A DNA stretch of 63,965 nucleotides, counting the filler, from Lenisia limosa (taxonomy: Eukaryota; Protista; Breviatea): assembly GCA_001655205.1 (NCBI GenBank). It is 9 parts of 9 records of this genome, joined end to end, with 100 filler letters (N's around TTAATTAATTAA, not from the genome) between each part and the next. Parts side by side here need not be neighbours in the genome. Positions count along the whole stretch, not along the records: positions 62,824 to 63,965 come from LPNZ01009701.1; 8 more parts are not named here. One strand, written 5' to 3'. The number at the start of each line of letters is the position of its first letter. The first letter of the stretch is position 1. The translations under genes were made by a program, and so were the position numbers. The notes beneath the pieces were generated by a model. The model saw only the letters and a program-made list of their open reading frames with translations. It was not told the DNA's origin and did not search any database. Shown in pieces: positions 63,841 through 63,965 of this stretch.

Positions 63841-63965
63841 GGCGGGGGAGGTAATAAATATTGAACATTTTGTGGTTTACATTTTCCGTTCTTACTTCCC
63901 TTTTGTTGCATTATTTTCCACGTTGGAGGGATGGGATGCGATGCTGTAGAAGCTACTAGCCTGGG

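Overview
Eukaryotic, AT-rich, intron-dense genomic DNA (GT-AG introns, standard code), most likely from a unicellular protist. The taxon cannot be fixed from this window. The draft assembly has many N gaps, most starting at G/C homopolymers, and eight gaps contain an artificial TTAATTAATTAA spacer. The six-frame ORF track is mostly uninformative because the genes are split into small exons, so I rebuilt exon chains by hand and the outer gene coordinates are approximate. In order, the genes are: GNA1 (3' part); a pecanex/PCNX4-like gene; a multi-pass membrane class I cyclic-nucleotide phosphodiesterase; a long minus-strand locus with pseudokinase, WD40 and C1q/TNF-like segments; a multi-OB-fold RPA1/RADX-like gene; an unknown minus-strand gene; two paralogous signal-peptide proteins with RCC1-like repeats; RPB10; a mitochondrial 2Fe-2S ferredoxin head-to-head with a class B DnaJ; and an intronic tRNA-Ala(AGC). 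Introns are packed with at least six families of short repeats. The most striking are a ~100-bp TA-flanked MITE (about 35 copies and fragments, many within 30 nt of a splice site) and a ~115-nt intron-shaped repeat that lies in the sense orientation of its host gene in all 18 copies whose host strand is clear.
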